Source: Schmidtea nova
Taxonomy: Eukaryota
Length of the DNA: 64,000 nucleotides
Reading direction: 5' to 3'
NCBI GenBank assembly: GCA_044892505.1
Contig: CM097882.1
Coordinates: forward strand, 93,558,001 to 93,622,000
Part shown: piece after piece, positions 36,951-51,493 of the stretch
Numbering within the stretch: position 1 is the first letter of the stretch
How the letters are laid out: each line of letters begins with the position of its first letter
Program-made: the position numbers and the translations under genes
Notes under the pieces: model-generated
Seen by the model: the letters and a program-made list of their open reading frames with translations, nothing else
Database searches by the model: none
Told to the model about the DNA's origin: nothing

Positions 36951-39900
36951 TATCCATTTATTACTGTGGGGCCTGAAATTTTCTATCGGTCTCCTCTACT
37001 GGGCTTTAATTTCCAGAGAGTTTGCGTGGACCCCCAAAGGGAACCATGCTCTGCTACCAAATGTTTGGGATTGCCAAACAAGATACAATACCCCAGTTAA
37101 TTAAATCATTCAATCGAACTAGAATGACTGAGGTAACCATCATCTTTGTTTCTGCACATTTAGCAAATTCTATACGAATTTGACTAGTTTGTGGTGGTAA
37201 TTCTCGAGTAGTAACTTGAGTAATCATATTGGCGATGTTTCTATTCATAATTTTCTTTGCAAATACAATTCGAATATGATTAAATCCAATTTAAAATCAA
37301 TTTATTTTCTTTCTACAAATTCATTTCTATATAGACCAGTGTTTCTCAACCTTTTTTGGGTTACGACACACTAAAAATATCCGAGAATTTTCGCGACACA
37401 CCAAAATATTTTTAAGTTATTTTATTTAAATGATTTCATTTTGTACATGTTAATTCAGTGTGATGGCTGTGCCTGCTTAAGGGAACAGATCATATTCTAT
37501 ATTATATTCATATTCATATCTATATTATAAACCACAAATTTAAACAAATATCAAATAAAGTTTTTTTATAGTAAATATTTTTTTTAGTTTCAAAATGGAT
37601 AAATTTTGAACTATGGCATCCAATGAATCAAATCTAGAAGATGTCAGAGTAACAGCGATATAGTAACGGTGATATAAAATAAAGCTTGTCTGATGGTCAG
37701 TCGTTTTAATATTATGTAGATGGAACTAAAATAAGTTAGGTTAAATTAAATATTCAGTTATGAAAGAATTTACAAATTAAAAAAAATATTCAAAATAAAA
37801 TACTAATGTACAAAATTAAAAGCTTTTTATATTGTCCGTGATGCATTAGAAATTTTTTTTGATAAATTATATTTTTCCGTATGATGCAGAACCTAATTAA
37901 TCAATTTTTCCAAAAATTCAATTTCAATGTAAATTTTTTTTCCAACTTTTTCAATTGAATTCTTTGAATTATACACAAGTGATTCTTAATATTAATAATT
38001 TTTTAAATTTAATTAATACACCTCAGTCAGTAAACTAAAAAAATTACATCATTAAAAACGAATATATTAAACCTGTATATCATTTTTAAAATGAATCTGC
38101 TATAATCAGATAATTTGTGGGTCACGCTAATATGAAATTAACGCATAATTTTATAATGACACCGATAATTCATTTTAGCTATAAAATTGCAATTGACAGT
38201 CTAACTTATGGTGACCAGATTTTTTGAGAGTAAATGTGGCATGGGGGAGCGCTCTATGGTTCAAAAAATAAAAACAAAATAATTGTTAACAATTCATTCG
38301 ACTAATTAAGAAAGAACAAAAGAATACTGTATAATTAATAACATATATATATTATTATATTATATATTATTAAAATATCGATTTCAAAACAACCCAGTAT
38401 CGTTGAAAATTTTATAAAAATAGATATTTTAAAAGCATGCTTCTAATATGCGTGTTTGTGTGTATATATGCATTGAGCATTGAACGCATTTCTCTGCTTA
38501 TAGCTGAATGAATTTGGAAATGTTACATACTTATTAAATCAAAATTTATTATCAAATAACATTTTTTTGCAATATCAATGTGTCAATTGTTACAAGAAAA
38601 TAAATCTTTTCGTTTTTTCCCGTAAAATTTGTTCTGTTATCTTTTTGTGAAATGAGACCACAATGTTACATCACTAAGTCTTGTGTGTCCAGTAAAACAA
38701 ATGTCAATTTGAAGATAATTTATTTTGGTTTTAAACGAAGACAACAAATAAGATCATCTTGTAATAAGTTTTAATTGAAAATTTCTATTAAAGCTTCGAA
38801 AACTTCGTCTGCTAGGCTCAATTAGCAAAAAGTCGTTTTGCTAAAATGTTTTGAATGAAAAACAAAGAAAATGAAAACAAACAATTTAAACAATAACATC
38901 TATGATAAATATATGTATAAATATCAGAAGTTTTCTCATCTGATATATTAACAATATCATTCCCAGATAAATGGAAAATGTAATTCATAATGTATTTAGA
39001 GGAAATTTCTTTGAAATTTGCGGCGGGATCATAATAAAAAAACAATGGATTTTTGTATATCATTTGTAGGGGAAATGAAAAGAGAGAGAGAGAGATGCCA
39101 CAATGCAGCAGCGTGTAACTTTTCTAATTATTTGTTTCGTGTTTTTAAATTGTAAAAGATTATAGTTTAATATAAATAATAAATCGATATTTTATTCGCA
39201 AAAACTTGTTTTCATTGCACTTTAAAGGTGCTAAAGGCAATATGTTCCTACAATGTTGTAGACCGATAGACATATACAGTATAACCATTCAAAACTGAAA
39301 CATCCTTTATAAATAAAACTGCAGGTTATTTGTATTTCTAAAGAATTCGACACGGAGACAACTTACCAAAAATCTGGAGGATCTTCCATTGATTTCCATG
39401 TGATTTTGTTATGAATGTATTTGGAGGTATATTTCCCTTTAGGTTACCTCCGTCGAAATTCTCTTCACCTCGCAACTGTCATTATAATCATCTTCGATCA
39501 CTCTCTCATGTTTTATTAAGCATTTCCTTTTCATTTTCCTTAGTTCTCCCTGTTGATGTCTGGATAGTGCAAAATCTCCACCCAACGGGCATAGCCCCAT
39601 TAATAATTTTCCTGTGCGTCCTACTATTTTAAATATGCTGTAAGTTGATAATAGCTGCGAAATCACTATTTTTTATTATCTTTTTATTGCATAAATTCTT
39701 GAATAGTGGGCCCCAACTATGCCAAAATTCGTAAACTTTCCTGAAATTTTCTTTATTAGATTTTGAACCGCTACTTTGTTGTGATCAGGTCTAAATAGCT
39801 GATTGTTATTAGGTGTACCATTACAAGTCTAGCAAATTCTGTTTATTATTTCTATTACTCCTCGGTCTCTTACCTGAGGAAACAGTGCGGCTCAACAGCC

Positions 39901-40406
39901 TTTTTCTATAACTTTGGCCGCATAAATTTTTCCTCCTAACATTTCATTTAAGGATTTTAATTTAATCTTTCTTTCTAGCTTAACTGCTTGCAATGTCTTA
40001 ACTTCTCTTGACGCAGGTTTTCTGACTAAGAGAGAAATTCATTGGTTTGTGTATCTTCCATAACGGTGACATGCCTGGATAACATACTGACTTCTGAGGT
40101 GTTGCATCTTCCTTTAATAATTAATGAGTAACTGGAATCATAAAACGAATTCAGTCTTAATATACCGCCGGAAATTCTAATGTGCAACTGTTGTATTAAG
40201 CTACTTCTACTTCCCTGGTGTGCATTTGTAACTATAAATCGCTTCACTCATAATTCAGCCAAATGTGCAATCGTCCGTTAACTTTGGCATCATTAATTCT
40301 GGATTTGATACCGAAATCGTTAAGTGATTTCGATTTATTTCCCCTTGTTTCACTGTTAATCGACAATCAACCTCTTGATACACATTTTGCATTTGTTTCT
40401 GTAGAT

Positions 40407-40618
40407 CATGAATAGCCAATCCGCGGCCGCGGCACTCTTATATTTATAACCATACAAATATATTTTGTGGTTCGTTCATTGCATGTTTTCTTTTTAAATG
40501 TAGTTTTCCCCTCAGAAAAAATGACAGAAAAAATGACAGAAAAAATGATAGGGAAAAATTTTTCTAATTATCCTTATTTATTTGTGGCCCTTGGTGTAAT
40601 TTGAGTTGGCCAGCTCTG
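40407..40618. mobile_element. hAT MITE (212 bp), degenerate left TIR
   Basis: 8-bp TSD CTGTAGAT at 40399-40406 and 40619-40626. Right TIR CAGAGCTGGCCAA, left CATGAATAGCCAA. Confidence 0.7.
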
Positions 40619-42254
40619 CTGTAGATCATGACATAAGAAATAAACATTATTGTTGATATAATTTGCTATTTTGATATCCAAACTACATAGCCTTTCTGAT
40701 GCTGAAATATATTTCGTTAACAGGAAAATTCCTTTTTAATTTTTTTCATTCTCTGTCATCCCATATTTTGTAATCTGATTTTTTCTAACTAAGCTTGTGG
40801 TATTTGTTGGCTCCTTGGACACCAATACCATCGGAGTACTCTTCTCATGAAGTTTTCCTTGTTCAACTTCCAGGTTTTCTTTCTTCCCCAGACTTCCCTT
40901 CAGTTGATTCCACTAGTAAATTTTGTTTAATTAAGCTTGGTGAAAACCATTTTCTTTAAATATCCCAACTAACAGAAATCTTTCATTGTTAAATAGATTA
41001 TCATTGCTGAGTCTGTTTTCAATAACGATATTTAACCTACTGTTTTTTCATAGGTTTTCCAGCGGTTACGTTAAACGTACCTTCATATCCCCGTAAATCA
41101 ACTGCATAATCCTCAACCTCTACATCTGCTTATTCTGAAAAATATCTGAATAACATACCTCCCATATTTCTTCATTCTATTAACATTTACTCCCTACTTC
41201 AATTTCACCTTTATCGATCTATATATTTTAATAAGCAATGGTCAGAGGACTCAATCCGACTGCTCAATTCAAGAACTTCCGCCGATCGGGAACTCATTGC
41301 CTGTTAGCCTACAAAGTTCTTCCTAAATCAGTTTAATTCGGGAAAAATCAAATTGAGACAGAGCAAAATAATCATATTTCAAATATCTATTGTCAAAACT
41401 TAATAATAACAATATATACAACAAAGCATAAAATACATAAGCATACTTGTTAGTTCCCGTTCGCAATTCACAAAATTGTTCCGCTAGAGTGAATAAATTC
41501 AATTAACTATTGCTGGCTTGTAGAGTTTCTCGCAAAATAAAAGTTAAAAATTGTCTGCCGCAAAGTTAATGGTTAAATTATGATTTTTAGCGTCTATTTT
41601 TACTATTTTTGTGTAACACATACGCATTCTGTTCGTTAAATAGAAATATTTAGAATTATTTTTGTATATTTATTTTAATATTTATTTTGTTTATTTTGAT
41701 TATTTATTTTTTGAAGTAAGTTTAGTTTTATAGTTTTATTTATTTTTTAAATATTTATTGTTAATTCTACTAAATAATGTATGTATTTAATATGGCGTTA
41801 TTTTGCGCGCGATAATTGATTAAATAATCAAATTTTCCTATTTTTAATCCTAGCTCTGTAATTTTAACAATATTTTAATGGGAATTTCTTCTATAAATAT
41901 TAATAAATTATTCTTTTCATTTGTATACTAATTTAATTTTTCGATCATGCTTTTTACTATCAATGATCTTCCCCATTCAATTTTTGTGCGATCTTTCGTG
42001 TGCAAATTTGACCTATACTCAAACTGTGTGCTCTCTTTTGAGATGCCTTATTTTTATAGTTTTATCCCTAAATTGACCTATTTATGAAATATATTCTATA
42101 TATAGAATATATATGAAATATATTCTAAATATTCTATATATTTTTGTGCTATTTTCCTGCTTAATGCCCTTGTATCATTTTGAGTTTTAAATTCGCTTCT
42201 TTTTGTGTGTATTTATTTTTCGATGCATTAAAACAAAAATTAAACTTCACTTTT

Positions 42255-42478
42255 ACCAGTCTGTAGTGTGCTTAATATGAATTATTTTACTTTTATTAAG
42301 ACTGTAGTGTTTTTGTTTAATTGGACTCATTTTATTTTTATTATTAATTGAAGGAGTTTTGTGAGTTTGGAGTCCCTCAAAACCCCTCATATTTTGCTTT
42401 CCGAGATGTGTGTGTGTCATGTGGCTATGTTTGTTGTTAGATCGGAGACAGTGATTACAGAGTTGAATGAATTTTTAA
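42255..42478 (+). repeat. Dispersed LTR-like repeat family, copy B
   Basis: Colinear with 3240-3450. The neighbouring 41940-42050 resembles 51620-51730. Confidence 0.7.
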
Positions 42479-45400
42479 TGGTTAAATGGCATAATTATAA
42501 TTAATATAATAATTAAATAATATAAATTTTTAATTAAAAAAATCAATAGTAATTACTATAGAGAAAATTTTGACAAATAAAAATTGGAATTAAAAAAATT
42601 AAAATTAAAAATTTAACGATTAGGAAAAATGAATTTTACGAATAATTGGAAGAACATTAAGAATCGCAATTGTTAATTATTACATGAGTCCAAGATTTTT
42701 GTCCCATCGAATGAATGAAACTTGTTAAAATTTTGTGCTATTTGTTATTCATTTTTAGTTTAAAGATGTCTGTAAAGAAATATACTCGCGCACGCATACA
42801 CCCAATTACATAACATTCACCCCAATCTTTTATTATACAATAAGTTAATTTAATTACTTGTACAATATTAACTTATTCCTTGCATTAGGTTTCATACTAA
42901 ATTTTCATATTCGTTATGATTTTATAATTTTTAAATTTTCTTTCATAAGATTTCCAAATCATTTTTAAAAAATAATTTTAATTTTTTTAAAATTTTATAT
43001 TAAATTTGTTATTTATTTTAGACTTTTTATATTACCGTAAAAAGACCCCACGTGAAGCAATCTACGGTATTGTGCACCGTCAGGGAGTGCCCAGGAAATG
43101 TGCAGAAAGAAGTCATGAATCTCATATATGAATTCTAATAATAACAGGTTTCTTGTGAGTGAAACTGGTGAAGGAATCTTTCAATGTCAAATGATTCTGC
43201 TCGCTTCTCTTCACAAGCACGATACAACATGTGACATAGATAGCTTTGCAACATTGACATGCGCTGAGAACGATTATTTTCAGATAATGAAGTACAAACA
43301 AACGAAAGAATAATAATTTTTTACCAAAATAATAATAAAATTTCAAAAAGTTCATGTTCATTTTTATATTTATAGAACAGCCACATGAGGTGCTGACTTT
43401 TCGCTTGGAAGGGCTAAGTCTAAGCCCACCTTGGCTACGCCTCTAAAGTCTAATAGCATTAAAAGTGCGATCAAAAATATAAAATTTATAATTCTTAAAG
43501 AAATGGAAAAATGATGATTAATTTTGATTTATATTAAAGACTTTATATGAAACCCAAATTTTGATTATTTCAAAATTTTATAAAAAACAAGTACTTAATT
43601 AATAATCAAAATAATTAGAAATATTTTTTTTTCATTTTGTACTTCCAACAAGAAAAATAAACTTCTATTAATTAAAATAAATTTTTAATTTATTTCAAAA
43701 AAATAAATTTTTAACTGTTGAAATTGATCAGTGCTCGGTGAAGAAACATTAAATCAATAAATTTTCTCTGATAATTTTTATTTAATCCAGATGAAATTTT
43801 TGAAAATAAAAAGAAATAGTATTTCTGTAATTGTAACAATTTTGTTTCGGAAAAATTTTTGTTTTAAATGAAATTTGTTGATGTGCACACGAAGAATAAG
43901 AAAACTAATATGTCGCATAATTAATGAAAGTTCCGACAAAGATAATTGAAAATTATTTTTTTCGAAAAAAAATCTGTTTCATCGTTCTAACAAAATTATA
44001 ATCATAATTACAAATTCCTATAAAATAATTTTTTATTTGAAAAATTTCTTTTGAAAACTAGCGCGACTTATTTAGATCAATAGAATGTATGATTTTATGT
44101 CTGAATGTGTTTTCAGAAAAATTCACAGAATATTGATTGCTGATAATGAAAACAACAAAACAAACCCACTCAGTCCACNNNNNNNNNNNNNNNNNNNNNN
44201 NNNNNNNNNNNNNNNNNNNNNNNNNNNNNNNNNNNNNNNNNNNNNNNNNNNNNNNNNNNNNNNNNNNNNNNNNNNNNNNNNNNNNNNNNNNNNNNNNNNN
44301 NNNNNNNNNNNNNNNNNNNNNNNNNNNNNNNNNNNNNNNNNNNNNNNNNNNNNNNNNNNNNNNNNNNNNNNNNNNNNNNNNNNNNNNNNNNNNNNNNNNN
44401 NNNNNNNNNNNNNNNNNNNNNNNNNNNNNNNNNNNNNNNNNNNNNNNNNNNNNNNNNNNNNNNNNNNNNNNNNNNNNNNNNNNNNNNNNNNNNNNNNNNN
44501 NNNNNNNNNNNNNNNNNNNNNNNNNNNNNNNNNNNNATCTAAAGTGTTAGCCCGAATAGGTTTATGGACATATTTTGACGTGAAATACATACCAGCAGGG
44601 GGATCTATGGATCCAAAAGACTCATGTATTCTATCTTAGATACAGATGTAAAATGCGATATCGCAAGGCCCAAATTTGCGAATACTAAATAAATATTATC
44701 GCAAATGACCCTTGATTGCAAATTTCCTATCACGCATGTAAATCCTGTGGTTAAAGCTCAAACAGAAGTGAAAATGACAAGTGAATGACAAGTCTGCGAT
44801 GATTAAGAAATCTTCGGTTCAATTAAATTTATTTTGTCGTTAAATTAACCACAAATATTTTATTCATTTGAATAATTGAGAATTACGATCAAATAATCCA
44901 AAATAAACAATGGAATGGGAAAAACAAAATAAATTTGTTTTGTTTAAATTTTAAAAGGATTTTTTATCGATTCATAATAACAAGGCAATAAAATCAAATT
45001 GAGAAAGTCTATTATGATTTCGCTAAATAATATTTGGCCGACGGAACCGTTTTCATAGATGAATAGATAGATGGAGAAATTTTTATTTTTTTTAATTAAT
45101 TAATCATATTATATTTTTTTCTAGATAAAATTTTATTGTTTTTCTTGTCAGATATAAATTATTAATCGCTTTTCATTTTCAATGTCGTTATCTTCAAATC
45201 ATCACTTTTTCTTTTTATGTTTAACACAAATTCTCGGTACAAAATTTTAACACGAGTTTTTTATACAGATTTAAATTTATCTGCGTTGACCCAATAATCC
45301 TTTCATATATTTTCATTTAATTTGATTGGACAGTTTTCTATTCATGGACTGGTTTTGGTTATTGAGGATAATGTGGTCAGTGACAAATGTTTTCAAGCGG

Positions 45401-48400
45401 ATCTTTAAGCTTGTTTTGTACAGTTTGATATTTTGTTTCGTTATTAGACGGAGGCACAGTGAATTAATCGGTAACGAGTCAAAATGTTTGCCAGGCAATG
45501 GACTAACCTCATTTGAACACAACAACTTCAAATGTCTAGATAAAACATCATGAAAGAATGACACAATATTTGATCATCTTTCCTGGATTGCGATGCCTTT
45601 TATTAAGATTGTGATTCAGTGTTGGATTAATTCAGTAATATTGTGTAAACTATTCATTAATCATTTTAATAATTAAGTTTTAAGACACATCAAGCGTCAT
45701 CAGTCATTAAGAAATTTCTTAGATCAAATATTCTGAAGCAGTAAGATGTGTCCCCACCAGATACAGCACGGAATATTACATAATAATTGACCCTTCTCTG
45801 TCACCAATGACTCCAATTACGTTATATCTGACCCATATTACGTCATACACAGTGGTACAGTGGGAGTAGGACGTACATGTGAGAATGGGTTAGTAAGTGT
45901 GCAGTGATTATGTAAATGAGTTACCATGTGTGTAAGTGAGTGTAAAGGTCAACCGGGGTCAAAGTTCAAGTACGTTGCAATATGTGCCAAGTATCAAGTA
46001 TGATGTAATTGTATTCAAATATGATGTAATTGGGTCAGATATGATGGAATTGGCGTCAAGTATGACATAAACAAGGTCAAGGATGACGGAAGTGGGTAAA
46101 TTATTATTATTATTATATGTAACTTGTTACATAATATGGTCAAATGTCAATTACTACATAGTCTCGGGGTGTACTGTATCCTACTACTTTTTGACATCGG
46201 ATCCCATGGTCAAAATTTATCATTAAACTTTTCTAAGTGACCCAAAAATGTTAGCAAAAAAATATTTTGTGATCATAAGATGGTGAAAGTTTTTAGGTCA
46301 GGGCGGTTGTTAGCAACCCAAATGCACTGAGTTCCACGCAACAGGTAATTTAAAGTACTGGTCATTCTCTGTGCCACTGAAATAAAACTAAAAATCTAAA
46401 TTAAGACAATTTTATTTGATTATAATACACATTCTACATAAAAACATCATAAAAAATTACAATATAAAAACATTTTTGACTCCCTTGAGATTCAATAATA
46501 AAGATTTACATACATTATTAAGAAAGTTTCATTTAATAACTCTCAATCTATGAATAGTTTTACATGTTTTTCAATGACAGTTTTGTGTAAATTATATCGC
46601 CCAATACCAGTGAAACATATACATAGTTTTCGTAGTTTAAAAGTAACTATGATACAAGTAGACGTGTACACCTACGTGTTACTCATAGTTATTTCTTGAA
46701 TTTTTTATTTATTCTGTTAACCATTTTTTTAAATGGCTATTAGGTAAGTTTATTTATCAAGATATCTTTTAATGCTTCTATTTTTATCTTACAATGACAT
46801 GGGATCACTTTAGAAGCTTTGAAAGTTTATTCATATTCTACAAAATTATTTTGATTTTATGTCTATTTAATTTGTTAAGAATATATGATTTTTATGAAGT
46901 TTTTTAGAAATAATTTATATTAACGTAAGTAAAAATATTTTTAAACAATAGTTTATTAATGAAATAAATCAGTCTTCGAATATTTCCATTATATTGTTAT
47001 ACATTTATTTTTATTTAATTCTTAAATACTTTCTAGGAAATCATGATTTTTTAAATATCATTTTTAATTAAGATTTATTATTATTAGTATTAAATTAAAA
47101 ATTAGAATTAAATAAAACTTTTCTATTTTTGTAATATTTTTTTGAATATTTCAAGAAATAATTTAATTAAGCTTAACTTTTTGATTTCAAGAATTGCTAA
47201 ATTTTATTGTCCTGCTTTATCTGAGACTTCAAAATGATCTAAATTGCAGTGTGAATATTTTTATTTGTCTATAATTTAAAAATGATTAGACGGGATTATT
47301 TTTTTACCTGCTGAAAACGGAAAAATTTTGTAAAATAATTTTTGGAAATATATGAAATTTTAAATTAAAATAAAACTTACGAAATTATTCCTCCATTTTC
47401 TCGGCAACTCCCCTAGAAAATATTCCAAATATTTANNNNNNNNNNNNNNNNNNNNNNNNNNNNNNNNNNNNNNNNNNNNNNNNNNNNNNNNNNNNNNNNN
47501 NNNNNNNNNNNNNNNNNNNNNNNNNNNNNNNNNNNNNNNNNNNNNNNNNNNNNNNNNNNNNNNNNNNNNNNNNAGCACCCTGGAAAGTTTGCATGAAATT
47601 TTCATTATTTGTTGTTTTTGTGTGTATATTTTATTTTTTTTTCCAATTTGTCTGTCACATAATAAAACTTTTGAACTACGAAAAATCAACATTTAATACC
47701 AACTTAAGTTTTCATTTTCTATTGGTTATTTTTAATTTATATTATAGAAACTTTTAATATACGCAAACAGGTGTATTTTTACGTATTTACGTGAGTTTGG
47801 CCGCCGCCAAACTCACTAAGACCGTTTAACGTTATAATATATGTATGTACACACACAGAATAAAATGTATCATCTGCAATTGAATGCCAGTGATTTCAGT
47901 GTTTTACTCACAAACATCAACATAATTTAGTAGAACGGGCAGAGCAGGCCTTTTTAAGGGTAAGGTAAAATTTTTATAAATCGTCATTTTTTAAGTACGG
48001 TACCAAAAAAAACCTTTCATTCACTTGCCAATTTGTGGCTTAGGTGACATAAGTTTTTTACCACTGGGACAAAGTATTCACAGGACTGAGTAACACTTAT
48101 CTGCATTAGGAATAGGACTATTTTTCAAAAAAACAAAAATGAAACAATGAATTTGTGTAAAAAAATTTCTATTGCATTCTGTGTCATAAAGTTCATTAAA
48201 CATTACATGTAATTCATTTTCTTCTACCAAACTTGAAAATAATTTCAAACAAACCTATTCGAAGCAACACATTCCTGGGTAATGAAGCAATTAAGAAAGT
48301 AAATATATATTGTTGATGTATAGGTACTTAAATTTGATTGTTTCTACGGTTATTGTAACTTTGATAACCTCAAGGTAATATACGCAGTGGTACAAAACCC

Positions 48401-49256
48401 AATGAGCAGGTGAGCTTCTTTACCAAAATTAGTCCTCAATGAATTCATCGTTTGAGTTCATGGCTGCTGATAGACGTTCGTACGCACACTTTCTCTTTAA
48501 CTTTCTAGATCATCCTCGATTATTGATTAATCCTCCCTTGAACATAATATATTGTTATCTAGGGCTTACACCCAATTTCCTTGCATTTTCTTTGCATTTA
48601 ATTTTCACATATTGATCTTCCAATTTTTAAACAGCGTCCCACTTTTGTTACTCAATTTGAATTTCAAATTTCAAAAAAAAATATTTGCGCTGGGAACTGT
48701 CCCTATTTTCAAGTTAATTATCAAATCTTTCTAAGTTATTAGAGTCTTTCAGATAATTTGTGTATTTTCTGGCGAAATCTTTCCGGAAATAATTTGAAGG
48801 TTTGATCTTATATCCCGCCCTAATAGATCCTTGAATTTACATTTACAAAAATGTTTAGGATACATGAACTTGATAAAGATAAAAATCCTTCTCGAAGTCT
48901 CTTTTATCCCAATCCGCAAGAGTTGGCGTAAATTAGCAAACTTTACTTCTTTTGAAAGATAAAAGCAATGATATGATTCTGTAAGATATTAGTGACATGT
49001 GGGTGCACGAAGAGCCCATGCCATAACAGATACAAAGTAAGGAATCTCCACTTAACTCTTTTAAGCCACCGAAGATTCTGTCCTTAATGATTTTTAACTG
49101 ATTAGCGCTGGATAAGGGGATGTAACAGAGCTCTTCCGGTATTCCAGCCAGGAAAGAAACCTTCAATGTCCCTATCGAGTCACTATAGTTTCTACCCTTA
49201 GTTGTGCTCAAGTAATTTTTAATCACATTTTCATGTTATGTGTTATCGCGCATTAA

Positions 49257-51493
49257 CACTAGAAGCATGGAAATTACAATGTACCTATAACTACGGATGT
49301 GCCAGTTTTGACACAATTTCTTTTTATTAGACGTGGCTGCGTTTAAGGCAATGTGTATTTTGTCAAAGGTGATGTGAATTAAAATTGATGTAAAGTGAAA
49401 AGTAGAGTTTTCATCCCTTGTAGCCTTCTGGTACTAATGAAAACAATCATATATTGACGGCATAGACAATACCCTGTATTACAAAACAAGTAATAGTTAC
49501 GTGTGGGACAATGAACACGAAGCACATATAGTGTAAACATACTTTTGTCCATTGTTATGGTTTCCACAAACACTCTTATTACATTTCATACATAGCATAA
49601 GAGACAAGTTAGGACATTGTTAAACAAAACAATGACATCGTTTTCGTACATTGGGAACAATAATATGGGTGTGCAGTTGCAATGAAGTTTATGAGCAAAG
49701 ATGTTTTACAAGCGACATTTGAAAATCACGCTATGAAATTCAGCTCTTATTCACCGATTTATAGATGATCCAAGAATTGAGCAAAGATACATCGAGCACA
49801 TTATAAAATATAAACACAGGCAATCTTCGAGTTTGACATCTCGTGGAATATTTGCACACCATTTGGTCAACACAATTCACTTCACATTTTGTGGAATTAG
49901 AGAAATTAATAATGTTGGTTTTCTTCTTGCTTGCGTCGTCTATTGACACTGTCTCATGCGTAGAACTGAGGAGGGACACCACTATATTTTCTTGCATTTA
50001 TAGACTGTTAGAATAGTTTTATTTTCAGAAATGAAGAAGCTGGAATCAAATAACACTTTATCCTTCATGAGCGACTCCACGTGGGGCAACTCACGCCAAT
50101 TATTACGAATCGTTCCGATGATACTCACACCTTTACATTGTAACTCTTTGACCAAATTCAGTGATGTAAAATAATTATCACAACTGACTTTGTAACCATT
50201 TTGTTCATATCCTTGTAATAGAGTGTGAATAACGTATTAAGACAACGCTTGGCTGGCTAGTCTACTATGATTTTGGCCCAAATACGGAAATCCGTTGCAG
50301 ACAAACTTCGTCTGGAGGTCAACTAAAAAAAAGAATTTGATGCCAAACTTTTTGAGTTTTGAATCAATGTACTGAATAAATGAACACCGACATTTAGATG
50401 GATAAAGCTGCTCATAAATGGTGAGATTCTCGTTTGGGACAAAAGCTTTCTTACAATTTTCTATAAATGGAAACGATAATGAAGACGCTAAAGCAAATTG
50501 ATCTTCTTGTAAATTTCATGATAGCTTTAAAGCTCTCTCTAAACATAGAATCACAAAAAAATTGAGCGCACCCTATTCTTTAGAGCACAATTCGCCAATT
50601 TATATATGCTTAGCGAGCACCCCTCTTGCATAGCACAAACCTATGAAAGTCTCCATTTCATGCAACGGAACGAACCAGTCATTTTCAACTTGGCGACGAG
50701 CTTCTGCTTCTGTAGTTTTTTGAATGTGGCGAAGCATTGGCTCGTCAAAAAACAACTTGAATTAACTATATGGGGAATCATTCACTCGGCGAATTGCATA
50801 AGTAGTTGGACCCCCATTGACACATCGCACATTTTGAATTGTCTTTCTTCCGTAAGAACGCAGTTGACTAAATGTTCACCATTCTGCGTCATCTTTCCCA
50901 ATTTCACGATCAGTCATATTTGACTTTATTTGTGTCACAGAAGTAGAGCTGCATGGCTTGATTCCAAGACGTTGAGCAAGTGGTAAGGGAATTGGAAAAT
51001 CGTTGCTTGATTCATTCGACATTTCCTCATCAGAAGCAAACGAAAAGGCATCATCAGACACTGCTTTTTCTTCAGCATCGGAATTTTCTTCACTAGATTA
51101 ATCGCAGTTGATGTTCATTGGAATTTTCAGTACCTGCTTCGCTGCTTGACGTCGTGAAGGTGGAGACATGTGACGAATAAAGGACTAACAGTAATCGTGA
51201 TGATAATAGGAACAATCAGAAGGCCATAAAGTGATAAAGATAGTGAACTAACAAAAAGAATGTGACCATTAGGGTCATGCGAAGCAATGATTCAATCCTT
51301 CACATCCGTAGTTATAGGTAGAATTGTTATATTGCTTATATCAATATGAATAAATGAACTATTTCATATTCAACTGAATGAGCGCATGAAATAAATAATT
51401 GTCATATAAATTCATTGTGAAATGATTTATACTTATGAAGAAAATTAGATATTAAGTTTACCATTTGTCAATTTTGACACAGTGCTTCTAGTG
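49257..51493 (-). mobile_element. Full-length decayed piggyBac (2237 bp)
   Basis: Perfect 11-bp TIR CACTAGAAGCA with TTAA on both sides (49253-49256, 51494-51497). Fragments SCDNYFTSL, IGTIRNN, YNVLDVSLLNSWIIY and C-terminal KCNKSVCGNH. Multiple stops. Confidence 0.95.

Larger units (their letters stand above)
31259..37590 (-). mobile_element. LTR retrotransposon with iMet PBS; LTR-like direct repeats 37062-~37590 and 31259-~31590
   Basis: Both repeats end ...GCAATCCCAAACA on the minus strand. The right copy is followed by TT-TGGTAGCAGAGCATGGTT (37059-37042), a 17/18 match to the animal initiator tRNA-Met 3' end. The 5' LTR is interrupted by a hAT end at 37337. Confidence 0.8.

Noticed and set aside
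39300-41100. Possible Gypsy pol remnant on the minus strand
   Set aside because: Only scattered motif-like fragments. I could not assemble ordered RT or integrase motifs by eye.
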